Shown here: positions 62,721 to 64,000 of the stretch, piece after piece
How the letters are laid out: each line of letters begins with the position of its first letter
How positions within the stretch are numbered: position 1 is the stretch's first letter
Source of the DNA: Octopus vulgaris
Lineage: Eukaryota
Direction of reading: 5' to 3'
Length of the DNA stretch: 64,000 bases
NCBI GenBank assembly: GCA_951406725.2
Contig: OX597818.1
Span: 3,968,001 to 4,032,000 of the forward strand
Notes under the pieces: model-generated
Database searches by the model: none
Told to the model about the DNA's origin: nothing
Seen by the model: the letters and a program-made list of their open reading frames with translations, nothing else
Position numbers and translations under genes: made by a program

Positions 62721-63080
62721 ATGGAAGTAGCAAAGGAGCATATCTGGCATATTTTCTTTCTCAGTTCAATACAGGCAACAATGCAACGAAATGTGCAAGG
62801 AATATTAATGCAGTATATGGGAATCAGACAAGCATAAGCCAGTGTCAACGGTGTTTCCTGAAAATCTAAGCTGGAAACTACAACCTAGAAGATGAGCCTT
62901 GTCTTGGAAGATCTGTGGAGCTCAATGATGACACCCTGCAAACCCTGATGGAACAAAATCTCATTGTAACTGTTGAGGAACTAGAAGAGAAGACTGAATT
63001 TGGTCATTCAACCATTCATCGACACCTGCATACCATTGGAAAAGTCAGCAAATTGGGTCAATGGGGTCCTCACAAACATT
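62721..63080 (+). pseudogene. mariner (Mos1/SETMAR-like) transposase N-terminal fragment
   Basis: EHIWHI...ARNINAVYG...LEDEP..GRS...TVEELE...GHSTIHRHLHTIGKVSKLGQWGPH, a degenerate WVPH motif. Confidence 0.8.
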
Positions 63081-64000
63081 CTGAATCTATTATTTACAGC
63101 TGACAGATATTTGTCTCCATCATGTTGTTAACAACGTTACAGATGATATACTTGCCAGCCTTCATCAGGTGCCTTGGGGAAATTGCGAACCTGGGTTTGC
63201 ATTCCTAAGGTATTTTTCAATGTTGTTGTTATTATTATTTAGGTCACTGCTTGGAATCGAACTTGGAATCTTGGGGTTTGTAGCCTATTGTAATGGGAAG
63301 AGCCCTTATGGTAGGGAAAAAAATTAATGAAACTATTTTGAAATGAAAAGGCATATGATTTAAGGAAGATTTTGCTGCTGTTCCTAGCATGTTAACAGGT
63401 TGTCATGGAATGTGCTAGAAACAGCAGCTAAATCTTTAACTCACATGCCTTTTCGTCTCAAAAGTATTTTCATAAATATTTTTCATACAATAGATTTTTC
63501 TCACTGTTTTTAAGTGCTTAGTAGAAATAGCCATTTTTAATAGTTCATTAAAGTATTGAAATGGTGACACATACCATAATCCCATACCTACATCAATTGT
63601 GCCAAAACACAAGTTTTTGTGGTTGTAGTTTTGGATTTAGCTAGGTCTGAAAATAACTACAAAATCAACCATTTGTTAAATGTAACAAAATAGGCAACTA
63701 TTAATTTGTGCAATTTGAAACTGATTTTCACCTCACTTTCAAAGATATAACATCACAAATACAGTTACTTATTTAGGCAAATTTCAACGAATTCAATGAC
63801 CATTCAAATTGTCATATTTCCTAAAATATTCCATCTAAATTTCACAAATGGGGTATCAAAATTTTTGTTTCTGGATGCACTTCAAGAAAAAGTACAGTAG
63901 AAATAACATCTAAATATCTTAAAAATTTCAGTGATACCTAGTCTAAGTCAATTATGTGCAATTAATAAATAGTCATGTCTTTCTCTCTGCCTCTTTTTAT

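Overview
AT-rich, repeat-dense animal genomic DNA. It is most likely an octopus (coleoid cephalopod), an inference from the tRNA-derived SINEs, the (CAT)n-tailed RTE LINE family and the long (TA)n tracts. The only clear host gene is the 3' part of SNRNP70 (U1-70K) on the minus strand, with five coding exons between 59506 and 53916. Its repeat-free 3.65-kb intron carries a candidate poison exon whose stop codon is created at the splice junction, three perfect CAG/GTAAGT U1 sites and a further cluster of 5' splice sites. This looks like an invertebrate version of the U1 snRNP feedback switch. The rest is mobile DNA: (1) a Naiad-type Penelope element and several hammerhead-ribozyme motifs; (2) a near-intact CR1-like LINE with a -1 slippery site at the ORF1/ORF2 junction; (3) an RTE LINE family with a PHD finger inside its RT ORF; (4) a full Gypsy element with a non-coding tRNA-Trp-primed LTR element nested in its 5' LTR; (5) solo LTRs, Helitron-like elements, MITEs, SINEs and Tigger/mariner fossils. 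All calls were made by eye and no database searches were run.
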